NCBI GenBank assembly: GCA_964605145.1
Contig: CAZSBG010000006.1
Span: 28,788 to 92,787 of the forward strand
Length of the DNA stretch: 64,000 bases
Reading direction: 5' to 3'
From: an uncultured Cytophagia bacterium
Lineage (GTDB): Bacteria; Zhuqueibacterota; Zhuqueibacteria; Thermofontimicrobiales; Thermofontimicrobiaceae
Below are positions 9,700 through 21,500 of this stretch, in pieces (within the stretch, counting starts at the first letter, position 1; each line of letters starts with the position of its first letter). The position numbers were made by a program, and so were the translations under genes. The notes below the pieces were generated by a model, which saw nothing but the letters and a program-made list of their open reading frames with translations, searched no databases and was not told the DNA's origin.

Positions 9700-12600
9700 T
9701 TACTTACGATTTTTTAGTAATTCTTCAGCTTTGATAATATGATTCGAAATATCGTCTCTGCCGGGATCTAATTCGAGTAATTTTTTCCATTCCCCTATAG
9801 CTTCCTTTAACTTACCGTTATTCGCATAAATAACTCCTGTATTTTCATAAGCATCCGTATCTTTTGGATCCAGTTCTTTGACGCGAAGGTAAGCTGAAAC
9901 AGCCTTTTCGTATTGGTGGGAACGATAATAAGAGTTTCCCAGAATACTGAATGCTTCTTTGAACTCCGGATAAATTTTTGTAACTTGGAGGAATTGCTCA
10001 ACAGCTTGCTCGTAATTATGCTCATTATAAAATTTTAAACCCAGAATAAGGTGTTTCTCGCGAAGTGGGTCCTGTTTCGACAGGAATGAATTTGAATCTT
10101 CAGAATCATTTGTAACCTGGCTATTGGAAAAATTCATAAAATTATTCTCTTCGGATGCTCGTTTCTTTTCAGGATTTTTTGGCTGACCTTCGAGCACAAG
10201 CTCAGCTTCATCGTCCTGCAATTCGCCTTTTTCGAAAAATGAGATGTCCGATTCGATTTCATCCAATAAATCATTGAATGAAAATTCATCGCCCATAATT
10301 TCATCGTCCTCTAAAATATCCTGTTCATTAACTTCCGACACGTCCTGGACATCATCCAATAACTCCATGGTTTCATCTTGCGATTGATTCTCATCCTCTT
10401 CTTCGGAATCTTGAATTTCTTGTTCATCACTCAAGTCCAGTTTTCCATTATCGCCATTTTTATCCGTATCGGTTTGAAAAATTTCATTTTTAAAACTCGT
10501 TTCATCAACCAGTGTTTCGAAACCCAGATCGTCTGAGTTGTCTTCTTCAGAATCTTCGAGTAATTCATCTAAATTTATTGATGGTTTTGGTCTTTCCTGT
10601 TCTTCTTTCGGTTGATCAATTTCGTCAGGCTCGTCTGAAATTTCTTCTTTTGAATCTTCAAAGTCTGACGTTTCATTTAAATCCAAATCGTTTTCTTCAT
10701 CGTGTTCCCCCTGTTCATCCCAAATATCTTTGAAGCTGAAATCGTGCTCCAAGCCGAGATCATCAACGTCCTCAGCTTCTTCCGAAACGTCATCATCATC
10801 AAAATCAATATCGTCTTCCAGGTCAGTTGACTCTTCCTCTTCAAAAAAGATATCTTCCTCTGATTTTTCATCCGATGAATCGAAATCATCTTCACTTTCC
10901 GCAGTTTCTGATTCATCCTCGCGATGAATACTTGATTCATGCAAACCACCCTCTTCTTCATCGTCTTCTTCTTCATCCCGTTCTTTTTTGAGCAGGTCCT
11001 CAATTGGCATGGTCATCAGGCTTTCGAGGTAGAAGTTATCATCCGGATCCTTTGGCATCCTGACTTGCTTTGGCTTCCTGGGTTTATTTTTCTTTTCAAC
11101 GGGTCGTTCATCATCTTCTTCGTGACCGAGTTCTTTTTTCGATTCCTCCGGCGGCGGTGGTAAGGGAGGTTCGTCGTAGCTTCGGTCAAGAATAATCTTC
11201 CCGTCCAATGTTAACATCGGGGTACCCGGGGGTTTCATTCTCTTTTTCTTGCCTGACCGGGCGATATAAGCTTCCCGCAACTGCCGTGTGTTTAATCGAC
11301 TTCGAACGAGTTCATCATAGATTCGGCTTTCATTGATTTCCGTGTAGGTGTATTTTTCTGTGTTGAGTTCTTCGCTAATTCTCTTGGCACCAAATTCCGG
11401 ATGTTTCTTTATAATGTCATATATCTTCGTTTTTTCTTCGATACTCAGATGTTTCGCCTCGACGGCAATGGTTTCGTCAATGGAATAGGCGTCGATCCCT
11501 TCTTCTTCGAATATTTTTTTGTATTTATTATAGTATGCATAGGTTGTGATGCCTGATTCCTCACACGCTTCGCGGATATTTTTTCCGGCTAATATGGCGT
11601 TATGCGCTTTCTGCGCGCGATGCAATTCAATTTTTTCCGGCGAACTTTTTTCTTTGATGGCAACAACAGTGATATCGTCATTTTGGTCAAAGCCTTCTGT
11701 AAAAGAATGTATTTCATCTTTCAATTTATCGATAAATGCCTTGGCACGTAACGTTCCATGCTTACGTATCACATCCTGCAATCGCTCTTCACTGAACAAT
11801 TCACGGCGACCATTCATGGCCTCGGTGATACCATCGGTGTAAATCAATAGGATATCATCTTCGGCTAACTGAATTGTGTCCGATTCGATCGAACGTTTGA
11901 ACAATTCAGGATCCGGCAGTGAAATGCCCACCGGGAATCCCCTGGGATTTAAATAATACGTTTTCTTTGAACCCCGTCTGTAAAGAATCATTGGATTGTG
12001 CCCGGCGCTGGCGTAATTAATTCGTCGCTTTTTGGAATCAATGATGACATAAAACAGGGTCACAAACATTCCCTTTTTCATATCATTGACGACAAACTCG
12101 TTCACACGCGCCAACACCTCTGAAGCTGAACGAATGGAGCGCGCTTCGGTTCTCAGGGCAGTCCGAATCATTGTCATGATAAGTGAACCGGGAACGCCTT
12201 TTCCTGACACATCAGCAACGACAATCCCCAAAGTATCTTTATCCACTTCAACAAAATCGAAATAATCACCGCCAACTTGTTTGGCCGCTTCATAATGCGA
12301 TGCTATCTCGTATCCCTCCAGAACCGGGGTTTCTGCCGGAAGCAATGTCTGCTGTATATCCTGGGCCAGTTGCATTTCCTTTTGAATCCGCTCTTGTTCA
12401 GCGAGATTTTTCTGGGATTGTCGAAATTTATCCGTTATATCGCTAAAGGCTTTGGCAATCTCGCCCACTTCGTCGCCGCTATCGAAATCAATTTCGTCTT
12501 TGACATCTCCGCCATGACCCAGATCACTCACCCAGGTTGAGAGCTTGCGAAATGGATTCATTATTAAATAGATGAGCAATGTCACGCCGAGATAGCTCAG

Positions 12601-13593
12601 CGCCAAAATCATAAATGCTGTCAGAAGATCTCTCGTCCGAACCGAAGCCACCTTGCTGCTGACGACATCTTTTTGAAATTCCAGGTAGACGGTTCCAACC
12701 CTTACCCGAGAAGCATTGTATATATCGCTTACAAAGCTGTAAACTTCCGTTCCACTGTTGTCGTCTTTATATTTGTAGAGATTGGGACGTGGTTCATCGC
12801 GATCTGAGGGAATAACAAATTCCTGCCCCAGCAATGTTTCATCAGTTGAATTAATGATATAATTGGTCGTATCAGTGACTGACAGACGATAAAAATCGTC
12901 TTTTGACTCCTGAAATTCCTTAACTTTGAGCGCCACATAAAATATTTTCAAATCTTCATCTTCATTATCGATGATACTGCGGGCAATACTTTTGCCGGTA
13001 GGTCGCTCGATGGCAACAAATTCATCCAGCACTTCGTTCCCATGCTTGAAAAAATAATAGAAATATCCGATCGTAATAGCAACGAATAATATTAGTGCGG
13101 AAATGATTGAGTAGCGCATTTTCAAACTGACAGATATGGTGGGAGTCTGAATCACTTTTTTCTTGCGAAAAGAACTGACCCTGTATTTCGTCAGCCTGAG
13201 TTCATTGCCTTCTTCGGTATGATGGTATTCAATTTCATCCAGCAGCTTGCGCATGATAAAAATTCCCAGACCACCCTTTTTACCGATATCAACATACCGC
13301 TTCAAATCCGGGTCTGCAACTCGGGACGGATCAAAATATTTTCCCTGGTCGATAAGCACAACACTCATGCTGTTTTTCTTGACGATGACGCGCATTGTAA
13401 TCATGCCCTCCAGATCGCGGTAGGCATGCTTAATGATATTCGTCGCGGCCTCGTCAATGCACAGCTTGAATGCATTTACCACTGTATCCGGGAAGCTATG
13501 TTTGCGCCCTGCTTTGGTGACAAAATTCCGCAGTTCGCCCAGATAATCAATGTGAGCGGGAACTTTTATTTCTTCTTTAATCGCTGCTTTCAA
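9700..13593 (-). CDS. 1,297-aa multidomain transmembrane signalling protein. Domains, N to C: RsbW/SpoIIAB-like HATPase kinase, TM, periplasmic sensor, TM, HAMP, SpoIIE/PP2C phosphatase, HTH-like segment, ~370-aa polyacidic disordered region, TPR repeats.
   Basis: The N-terminus (FKLCIDEAATNIIKHAY ... GGLGIFIMRKL) matches anti-sigma-factor serine-kinase HATPase_c. There are two TM helices (aa ~160-182 and ~326-348). The PP2C motifs are YEIASHYEAAKQVGGDYFDF, VVADVSGKGVPGSLIM and YTDGITEA. The C-terminal TPRs are LILGLKFYNEHNYEQAVEQF.... Confidence 0.75.
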   Translation of the reverse strand: MKAAIKEEIKVPAHIDYLGELRNFVTKAGRKHSFPDTVVNAFKLCIDEAATNIIKHAYRDLEGMITMRVIVKKNSMSVVLIDQGKYFDPSRVADPDLKRYVDIGKKGGLGIFIMRKLLDEIEYHHTEEGNELRLTKYRVSSFRKKKVIQTPTISVSLKMRYSIISALILFVAITIGYFYYFFKHGNEVLDEFVAIERPTGKSIARSIIDNEDEDLKIFYVALKVKEFQESKDDFYRLSVTDTTNYIINSTDETLLGQEFVIPSDRDEPRPNLYKYKDDNSGTEVYSFVSDIYNASRVRVGTVYLEFQKDVVSSKVASVRTRDLLTAFMILALSYLGVTLLIYLIMNPFRKLSTWVSDLGHGGDVKDEIDFDSGDEVGEIAKAFSDITDKFRQSQKNLAEQERIQKEMQLAQDIQQTLLPAETPVLEGYEIASHYEAAKQVGGDYFDFVEVDKDTLGIVVADVSGKGVPGSLIMTMIRTALRTEARSIRSASEVLARVNEFVVNDMKKGMFVTLFYVIIDSKKRRINYASAGHNPMILYRRGSKKTYYLNPRGFPVGISLPDPELFKRSIESDTIQLAEDDILLIYTDGITEAMNGRRELFSEERLQDVIRKHGTLRAKAFIDKLKDEIHSFTEGFDQNDDITVVAIKEKSSPEKIELHRAQKAHNAILAGKNIREACEESGITTYAYYNKYKKIFEEEGIDAYSIDETIAVEAKHLSIEEKTKIYDIIKKHPEFGAKRISEELNTEKYTYTEINESRIYDELVRSRLNTRQLREAYIARSGKKKRMKPPGTPMLTLDGKIILDRSYDEPPLPPPPEESKKELGHEEDDERPVEKKNKPRKPKQVRMPKDPDDNFYLESLMTMPIEDLLKKERDEEEDDEEEGGLHESSIHREDESETAESEDDFDSSDEKSEEDIFFEEEESTDLEDDIDFDDDDVSEEAEDVDDLGLEHDFSFKDIWDEQGEHDEENDLDLNETSDFEDSKEEISDEPDEIDQPKEEQERPKPSINLDELLEDSEEDNSDDLGFETLVDETSFKNEIFQTDTDKNGDNGKLDLSDEQEIQDSEEEDENQSQDETMELLDDVQDVSEVNEQDILEDDEIMGDEFSFNDLLDEIESDISFFEKGELQDDEAELVLEGQPKNPEKKRASEENNFMNFSNSQVTNDSEDSNSFLSKQDPLREKHLILGLKFYNEHNYEQAVEQFLQVTKIYPEFKEAFSILGNSYYRSHQYEKAVSAYLRVKELDPKDTDAYENTGVIYANNGKLKEAIGEWKKLLELDPGRDDISNHIIKAEELLKNRK
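10083..11193 (-). repeat. Polyacidic low-complexity disordered region (D/E-rich, ~370 aa) within the multidomain signalling protein
   Basis: The coding strand is dominated by GAA/GAT/GAG codons. The Ser-rich track ORF on the opposite strand at 10730-10927 is an antisense artefact of this region. Confidence 0.8.
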
Positions 13594-13625
13594 ATTTAAT
13601 TTATCCTCTCTTCCGATAATCCTCT

Positions 13626-15548
13626 CTATTTATTCCGCTGCCGTTGTCTCTCTTTTGCCTGATCGATGGCGTCCAATATTTCCTGGTTATAAGGTTGAAT
13701 TTCTAACAGCTCTTCCCAGGTTTTTATTGCGTCATTATATTTTTCAGCTCTATAGAGATTAATTCCTCGATTATACCGCTTGGTCATTTCCGGGGTCATT
13801 CGCTGTTTTTTCGCATTGGCGCGACGGTCTGCATCTTTATAGAATTTCTTTAGCTGCTCATTATTGGGCCGATGCTTAAGCGCCTCTTCGAATGAATTCA
13901 TCGCATTGATATAATCCTTTGTGATATAATACCGATATCCCTGCTGAAATAACTCATCGAATTGCATTTGCTGCTTGTATCGATTGCTGCGCGTTTCAAT
14001 TGCGTTAATTTGCTTTTGATCCGGATTCAACATACGCACATTGTTCAAAACACTGATGGCTTCCAGGTAGCGGCCCTTCCTGGCAAAATTATCCGCTCGG
14101 TTAATCAGCGAGAGTATTTTCTTTTCATAATCTGTATTTGCTTTGGCAATCCACTCTTTTGCCAGTACATTATTAGGATCGCGATCCAACATTTTCTGCC
14201 ATTCAGCAATGGCTTTTTCGTATTCATCGACTTCGTAGTGCGCCAATCCTGCATCAAATTGCCTGTCCAGGAAAATTTTCAATTCTTCGCGTCGTTTTTC
14301 TTCCTCATTACGGGTTCTGATTTCATCATAGGCTTGCTTAATTTTATCATCGCGTTTCTGAATTGTTGCTTCCGCCAATTTACGCGCTTCTTCGATCACC
14401 GTTGAATTTGGAATTTCATTCTCATAGCTGGTAATGAAATTGAATTCTCTCAACGCCCGGGCATAATCTTCAATTTCAAAATATTGTTTTCCGCGTTCCA
14501 GACTCTCCGCGATTTTTTCGTCCCGTTCCCAAATTCGCTGCTGTTCCACTTTCCGTTGAATTTCCTGCAGCCGCCGCTCTTCTGCTATTTTCACAAGCTC
14601 CTTTTTCGATTTTCCAAATGTCATGCTCAAAGAAATTCGGTGGCTTGCATCGAATTCATTTTCTGAAAATTTTCCATACGAGTAATCTATCTGAAACTTG
14701 TTAACCACTGCGCCAGCGCCAAAGGCAAGCTGATTGTTATTCAGCCCAACGCGCAGCATGGCGAAATTATTGAACACATATTCAGTGCCGGTGTGATATT
14801 TGAACGGCTCATATTCACTTTGCTCAAAATCCATAAAAATCGTGAACTGATTTCCCCATTCATTGGTTAAAATGGGCTTGGCAAATCCCATTCGGAAATT
14901 CAGCGGGTGGACATCTGTTTCGGAAATTAACTTCAGTCTCGGTCCGACAACATTTTGCAGCGCCACTCCAACAGAAAGCCCGCTCAAAAGTGCATTGGTA
15001 AAATTGGGTCGATATAAAAATCCAAGATCGAGTCCAACGCCTGTATCCGATATTTTAAAAATGCTTTGATGCTCAACCTTCAGGTTCACGCCGACACTGA
15101 TATTCCACGGCAACTGTTTTCCGTAGGAAACCAAAAACTGTTGATTGGAGAGTGAATTATCGTCCCCATAATAAACATTATCATTATCTCTTTCAGGAAT
15201 TCCACCGGTTCCAATGCTGATGGCGGCCACACCGAACGAGCCCAACGCCACTGTGGGATGAGCATAACCCACATAAAAATATTGAGTATCCATGACGAGA
15301 TTGGTATAAAACAAGCTCACGTTTTTTCTTTGAATATAATCCAGTCCGGCGGGATTCCAATAAACTGCGGTTGCATCGAACGGCATCGCAACGTAGGCAT
15401 TGCCCAGCGCCAGAGCCCTGGCGCCGACCCCAAGATTGAAATTGCTTTGCGTCCCTGCAAAACCATCATCTCCTTTAGCTATACCGGCAAACATACCAAA
15501 TGCCAGAAAAAAACTGAAAATCCCTATGAATAAATTTGATTTTCGCAT
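13626..15548 (-). CDS. FadL/PorV-like outer-membrane beta-barrel (N-terminal ~310 aa) fused to a ~330-aa TPR/coiled-coil C-terminal domain
   Basis: Signal peptide, then GVGARALALGNAYVAMPFDATAVYWNPAGL, the FadL/PorV-family N-terminal motif. The first half has alternating beta-strand-like segments. The C-terminal half is TPR-like (YEKAIAEWQKMLDRDPNN, YNDAIKTWEELLEIQPYN) and rich in charged coiled-coil. It starts 17 nt after the giant T9SS cargo gene. Confidence 0.65.
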   Translation of the reverse strand: MRKSNLFIGIFSFFLAFGMFAGIAKGDDGFAGTQSNFNLGVGARALALGNAYVAMPFDATAVYWNPAGLDYIQRKNVSLFYTNLVMDTQYFYVGYAHPTVALGSFGVAAISIGTGGIPERDNDNVYYGDDNSLSNQQFLVSYGKQLPWNISVGVNLKVEHQSIFKISDTGVGLDLGFLYRPNFTNALLSGLSVGVALQNVVGPRLKLISETDVHPLNFRMGFAKPILTNEWGNQFTIFMDFEQSEYEPFKYHTGTEYVFNNFAMLRVGLNNNQLAFGAGAVVNKFQIDYSYGKFSENEFDASHRISLSMTFGKSKKELVKIAEERRLQEIQRKVEQQRIWERDEKIAESLERGKQYFEIEDYARALREFNFITSYENEIPNSTVIEEARKLAEATIQKRDDKIKQAYDEIRTRNEEEKRREELKIFLDRQFDAGLAHYEVDEYEKAIAEWQKMLDRDPNNVLAKEWIAKANTDYEKKILSLINRADNFARKGRYLEAISVLNNVRMLNPDQKQINAIETRSNRYKQQMQFDELFQQGYRYYITKDYINAMNSFEEALKHRPNNEQLKKFYKDADRRANAKKQRMTPEMTKRYNRGINLYRAEKYNDAIKTWEELLEIQPYNQEILDAIDQAKERQRQRNK

Positions 15549-15565
15549 AGTACAAATCCTGTTTG

Positions 15566-18500
15566 CTATTTTATCACTGCAATTTTTATGAGTGCTGATT
15601 TTCCATTACCAGTGGATATTCTGGCAACGTAGACGCCGTTTAATACCTTATATCCCTGACCATTTCTGCCATCCCAAATCACATCCGAATCGTGCAAACC
15701 TTTTCGACCCTGAGGCTCGAGTTCAGAATAGGTGCGTGACCAAACCAGCTCGCCGATCAACGTATATATTTGTATTTTCACTTCAGTGTCTTCATCCAGG
15801 TAATAGACGAAATTGGTCACCGGCCTCCCGATTTCTCCGAAAGGATTGGGATAATTGCTGAACGCCTTGTCAAAATCCGCTTCAATTATTACCGATGGCT
15901 CAGATTCAAAATTAAGCGCTTCCAATGTTTGCCCATTGACATTCTTTAATTTCGGCGTTTGCCCGGATTCCTCATCATAAAGATAAAGAGAATTGACCGA
16001 ATCAATCGCTATTTGAAAATCACTAATTTCGGCTGTGGTTGCAATATCCACTTTGAACTGAACCTGGTTTTCAATTTCAGGTTTGAGCGTATCTATTTGT
16101 GAAAATAGAATTTCAATTGGATTTGACGTTGGAATTGCTGTTATCTGTCCAAAAACTTCATTGTTTTGCTGATTATTCACAACACAGACGCGTGAAATAA
16201 CCTGGGCCGGATTTGTAACAGGCACGCCAAATCGATCCTTCAATTTAATTTTAACGCCTGTAAACAGTATATTGTTCGAAAACGCATCGCCGGATGCCAG
16301 CAATTCCAGTCCCATCATGGACACGCCGGTATCCCCCCGGGCAATCGTGTTTTTTGTTGTTGTGGGCAACATACTCACAGTGACGCTTTTTTCTTCAGCA
16401 GAAATTGGAATCGAAACATTTTTCAGCAAGATTGCTTCTGCTGCAACAGGTAGATTTGAGTTTTCATCTTCCGGCCAACTCACGAGGTCAATCGCGATAT
16501 TGCTTGGATCTCTCTCTGATGTCGGTGCGGTGATTGTCCAGAACAGTGAATCATTATACGCAGCCGTCTGGGTTAAATCCTGCGCGATGGAATATCCCTG
16601 GCCTTCCGGCAAAGTTAACGTTGCATTGAAATTTCCCAAAATGTTTGCATCGCCGGTTTTTGAAAGATAAGCGCTCACTACAAAGTTTTGATTCGTTGAA
16701 ACGATACCATCCAGAGCGCTTGCCGGAGATAATATTTTACCTTTCAATTGAATTTCTGCCCGGCGAACCACGTCCACTTCCAGCGAATCCGATGTTCTGG
16801 TGAATGATATTCGACTGTTGGCATCCTGCGCTGTTAATTTCATCCAGATGTGCTGATCGTCGATTGTGCCTCCCGGCGTGGTGATTGTCCAATTCACTGT
16901 TCCCTGGTCGCCAACTCCCACCGGTAATTTTGGATAGGATTCCGGCGTTGTAAATCCTCCTTCCAATTGCAGTTGCACGGAAGGCGCGCCGGTACAGTTA
17001 AACCAGCTCACATCAGCTTCAATTTGAAAGGATTGATGAGTTGACAGAATTTTATCAATCGCCCCGACCGGTGATACAATCCGGAGATTCTCGATCCAGG
17101 CATTTGCCGATTGTTGCGTCTGAACATAGTAATATTTTGATCGGGTCGGCACCATTGCTTTTTCATTTGTATTCACATCTTTGGGTATCGTATTGATGGT
17201 GACAACAATTGGTGCTTTCAGGGTTTCGACTTCAGGAGCCAGCAATCGCCAGGTTACAGGAATATCCGGCTGGAACGGTTTCACTGTATCGTCCTCCGTG
17301 GTGACGCCGGTTGCTCCAAAATCGATGCTCAAATACGCCGCGCCTTCAAGAGGTGCATCCCCAGAATTAATGACAATCGCACTCAAATCGAATTCCTGTC
17401 CCATGGAAAGTGTGCTGTCGGTGGAAGGCCAGGAAATCCATGCCCGATCGATCAACAACGTCGCCCGATTTTCAACTACGACAGAAATACTGTCAGATGC
17501 CGTGACCTCATCGCCTCCAACGGTTCCTGTGACCAGAACTTTTATCCACTTCTCATTGGAATGTGCGTTTTCAGGAGCGATAAGTTCCCAACCGGCCACG
17601 TCTGCGACGTTCGCTTTGATTGAATCTGTGCCAGGCGCAAATCTGTATCCTGCCGGGAGGTTCAATCTGGCGTTTGCGCTGGTGATGTTTTCCGACTTCA
17701 TAATATCTACCTGAACCCAAAAATTCTGAAGTGTGGATAAAGTATCATCCAGCGCCCCTTCAGGCGAACTTATTTCGAATGATTCCACGGCAAGCTCCAG
17801 AGGCACCGTTCTCACCACAAGTGAATCAAACGGGTCCGTATTTTCTATCAAAGCAAATGAGCCGGTATTTTCATCCAAAGGCGGTTTTGAAATCTTCGCG
17901 ACAATCGTATCGTTACTGGACGCATATGAAGGCGGCACGACCTGCCATTCCACTGTTTCATTAATTTCAAACGATGTGGTATCGGATGATTTTTGTTGTT
18001 GGTCGACCACGACAAAATAATTCTGCGGCATGAATAAGGCCAGTTCGCCGCTGGCGTCCACATCTGCTGTTCCGAGATTTTCAATTTGAACCTGAAATGG
18101 CGCGACCTGGCCAATCGAGTAAATCGAATGTTCCTTATTGATGGAAATTTTCAACAGGGCCGGATCGTGCACACGAACCAACGCTGTGGAGTCAGATGCT
18201 CCACCGATTGTAGCCGGAAGGCCGCTGCCGTGTGAAATAGCTGATTCAATTCGCACTGTAAATTTCACCTGTTCAGTGGCCACGGACTGTGCCGCAACAT
18301 TGAAAGTAGCAATGGCCTCTCCTGAAGGTAAAATATTATCGATATTCACAGAGGGTATGATGTACCCAGGCGCTGTTAAACTCACCAGCACATTATCAAC
18401 TTGTTCCCCCCCGGTATTACGGATTTTTGATCTCACGGAAAAAGCCTGGTTTGTGTTCACCTGGCCGATATCGTACTGGTTAATATTTCGACACACCGGT

Positions 18501-21500
18501 TCCGTAAAATCGATGAAAACATCTGCAGACGGACGAACATAAACCGCGCCTGAGTCTGCCACCTGAAAAGTTGTATTTGTATTTAAATAGGTTCCACTCA
18601 AATTTAGTTTTATTTTTGCCATTCCGCCCAAAACACCGGTACTTGTCACGCGGTAAATCAGCGTATCGGCTCCATTCCAGGACAGCGTTAAATTTGGATT
18701 ATTTTCAAATTCGAGTGGCGCCACGATGGTGTAATCATCCTGCTCATTCCCGGTAATTATGATGGATACATCCTCTCTGTTTGGCGGATCCAATTTTATG
18801 AATCCCGCTCCGCTATCTTCAACAGCCACGATAATTTGCCATTCGAAAGGACTCAGCGCTCTGACCGTATCCTGCGATGGCGAAATGGAAACAATTTTGA
18901 ACTTGCCTGGTCGCTGTACAGTGACTGTATCCGTCGAATCGACTGAGGGGCTGATAAAAATTTTATCAGGCTCCGTCGGTGTATTTTCTGCAAATGCGGT
19001 ATCAATTGAGGCGGAGAATACTTCATCCCAAATCCAGTCCGATGACGCCTGTACATTGAACTTTAGCGTATCCGTGCTCGCGCCTTGCACAATTTCAAGG
19101 GAATCCACCGGATTCAAAATAGTTGATGTACTATCACTAATTAACGACATTTTGATATTTTGGGCCGCGTCTTCTCCCTGGTTCTGGACAAGAACGGCTA
19201 TCTGGAAAACCTGATTATTATCCACATACGGCGCATTGGGCGCAATATTCACAGTTTTCAGAATTCGAATATCGGCCGGCATTTCTACCTTAATTGTTGT
19301 GCTATCTTCAGCGGTTTTTTCTTCCTGACTGTTTATCTCCTCGGCAAAAACCGATACATGAATCGTTCGACTGCCTGCAACAGAACCGGTTGTGTCCACT
19401 GAAAAAATCAGGCTGTCCGTAGCGCCGGAAGGCAGCTTGAAAAAGCCGAGTGTTTCAAAACTTATTGGGAAACTGACCACATAATTTGTGTCATCCCCAA
19501 AACTCACAAAGTCATTCAGGTGTGTCGAATCGATTGCAATATCTCCGCCACCGTTATTAGTTAGCGAAATAATAGTCTGCCAGGGCATTGATTGATTTAC
19601 TGTTACTTCTGGTTGGGATGTTCGAATATAATCTATAACAAGCTCACCCGGCGCCTGCACCGTTACCCCGGTCACTTTGCTTTTGATGATTTGACCGCTG
19701 ATCATATCATTCAAATAAACTGTTCCTCCAATGGTAACTGAACCGATTGTTGTGCCGGTTTCATCAACCGTTACTATCAGCGTATCGGTCAATCCGGCAT
19801 CGAGCAAACTATCACCACTTGTCTTGAATGTGTCAGGATATAACATCTGGTACTCGCTCGAAATATCTGAACCGCCATAGGTAAAATTTACCCGAGCGCT
19901 ATCCAGCCGCAACGGCGCTCCCCCATTATTGCGAATTACCATGTTCAGAAACCAGTTCTCAGCCTGACCGCTGGTGACCGTTCTCTGACTGGGATAAAAA
20001 TCGACTATTTCCAAATCAGATGCTTGTTTGACATACCATTGATCGGTTGTGTCTGCGTTCAAATCCGAATAGGGTAGTTCTGAGTTTTCATCGCTTGCAT
20101 AGACTTTTCCATCGATTGTTATGCTGTCGAGTGTGGCATTTGTGCCTACCGTTACGGTAAAGAACAGACTATCCAGGCTGTGCCCTGCGATTGAGGTTGG
20201 ATTCGTCGGATAAGGCACGAGCGCATATTCGTCACTCACATCTAAAATTGGTGGCGTTAAATTTGAATAAGAGAATCTCACTGAATCCACAATCGCCGTT
20301 GCATCCCCATTATTCTGAATCCTTGCGGAGATAATTGTATTTGTCCCCTGGGTAACGGTATCTGCATCAGCTTTCACTCTCAAAAATTGTAGTGAAGGAG
20401 GCGTTTGAACCAGCCATTTATCCGTTTCATTGGCTGCCACATCGCTTACAGAACTGCCATTTACCCTGCAATTAATGAAACCATCGATCTGGATTGAATC
20501 TGTCAATGCGTTTGACTTCACATTCACTAAAAAACTTAGGGTCTTATTTCCATTTCCTGGTAACACTGAAATCGTATCATTACGACTCACAATATAATCG
20601 CCTGAACGATTTGAATAACCGGGTGCAGGGCCGGTAAATTCTAATCCAGCGCCATCAGAAATTATCGTGGCATTTGAAGCGCCATGATTTTTCACGGCCA
20701 TCAGAACCGTTATATTTTGTTGATTGCGGCTCACTTTATCAAAATCTGAACTAACAGACAGAATCTCCAACCCGGAAATAATTATGCTGGTATCCCCAAC
20801 TGCACTTCCCCTGACAACACTATTCGCCTGAACGAGAGCCGTTCCACCTGTTACACCTGCATTGACAACGAATGAAATTTGGCCTGCTGTGTCTGATACA
20901 ACCTGTGTGCCTCCGATACCCGGATTTTCATCAGGTGTTGTAATGGTACCCAATGTTGTTGACACGGTGAAATATTCGCCGCTGGAAATTGGATTGTTAT
21001 CGCTGTCACGAATTGTATCCGACGTAACCACAGAAAACGAATCAGGATCGGCCGGTATTATTTCAGGAACAGGATGAAGTACAATTTCGCCTATCGGTAC
21101 GCCGGGATTTACAGTAATGAGTCCAGTCGTATCATTTTCTGCTGTAGCATGCACGGCCAGAATTTTTCCGTGCGCCGGCGCTGTTGATGGCGAGAAATCA
21201 AGCGTTGAACCGGTCCACAATACAGCCGGCGCTAATGTACTGTCACTGGACCAATCTACAACCGCCGGCCCGAGATAAACATTTCCTTCGTCATAAGCAG
21301 CCGCATACAGTGTCAATGTTTCATCGGCTGAAATGGTACGCGTCGTCACCACATTGCCGGCGCCATTATCTGCATCGCGAATGAGCACGTGGTGAATGGC
21401 TCCCACAGTAAATGTACCTGTCGAATCGGCTCCCACACTCACACTGTCAGCATAAATTCGTCCACTCGTATAGGGCGTAGCCGGACTGAACATTGTGCTC

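Noticed and set aside
10730-10927. Ser-rich 65-aa ORF on the + strand
   Set aside because: It is the antisense reading of the GAA/GAT-rich polyacidic region of the large sensor gene, so it is a codon-composition artefact.
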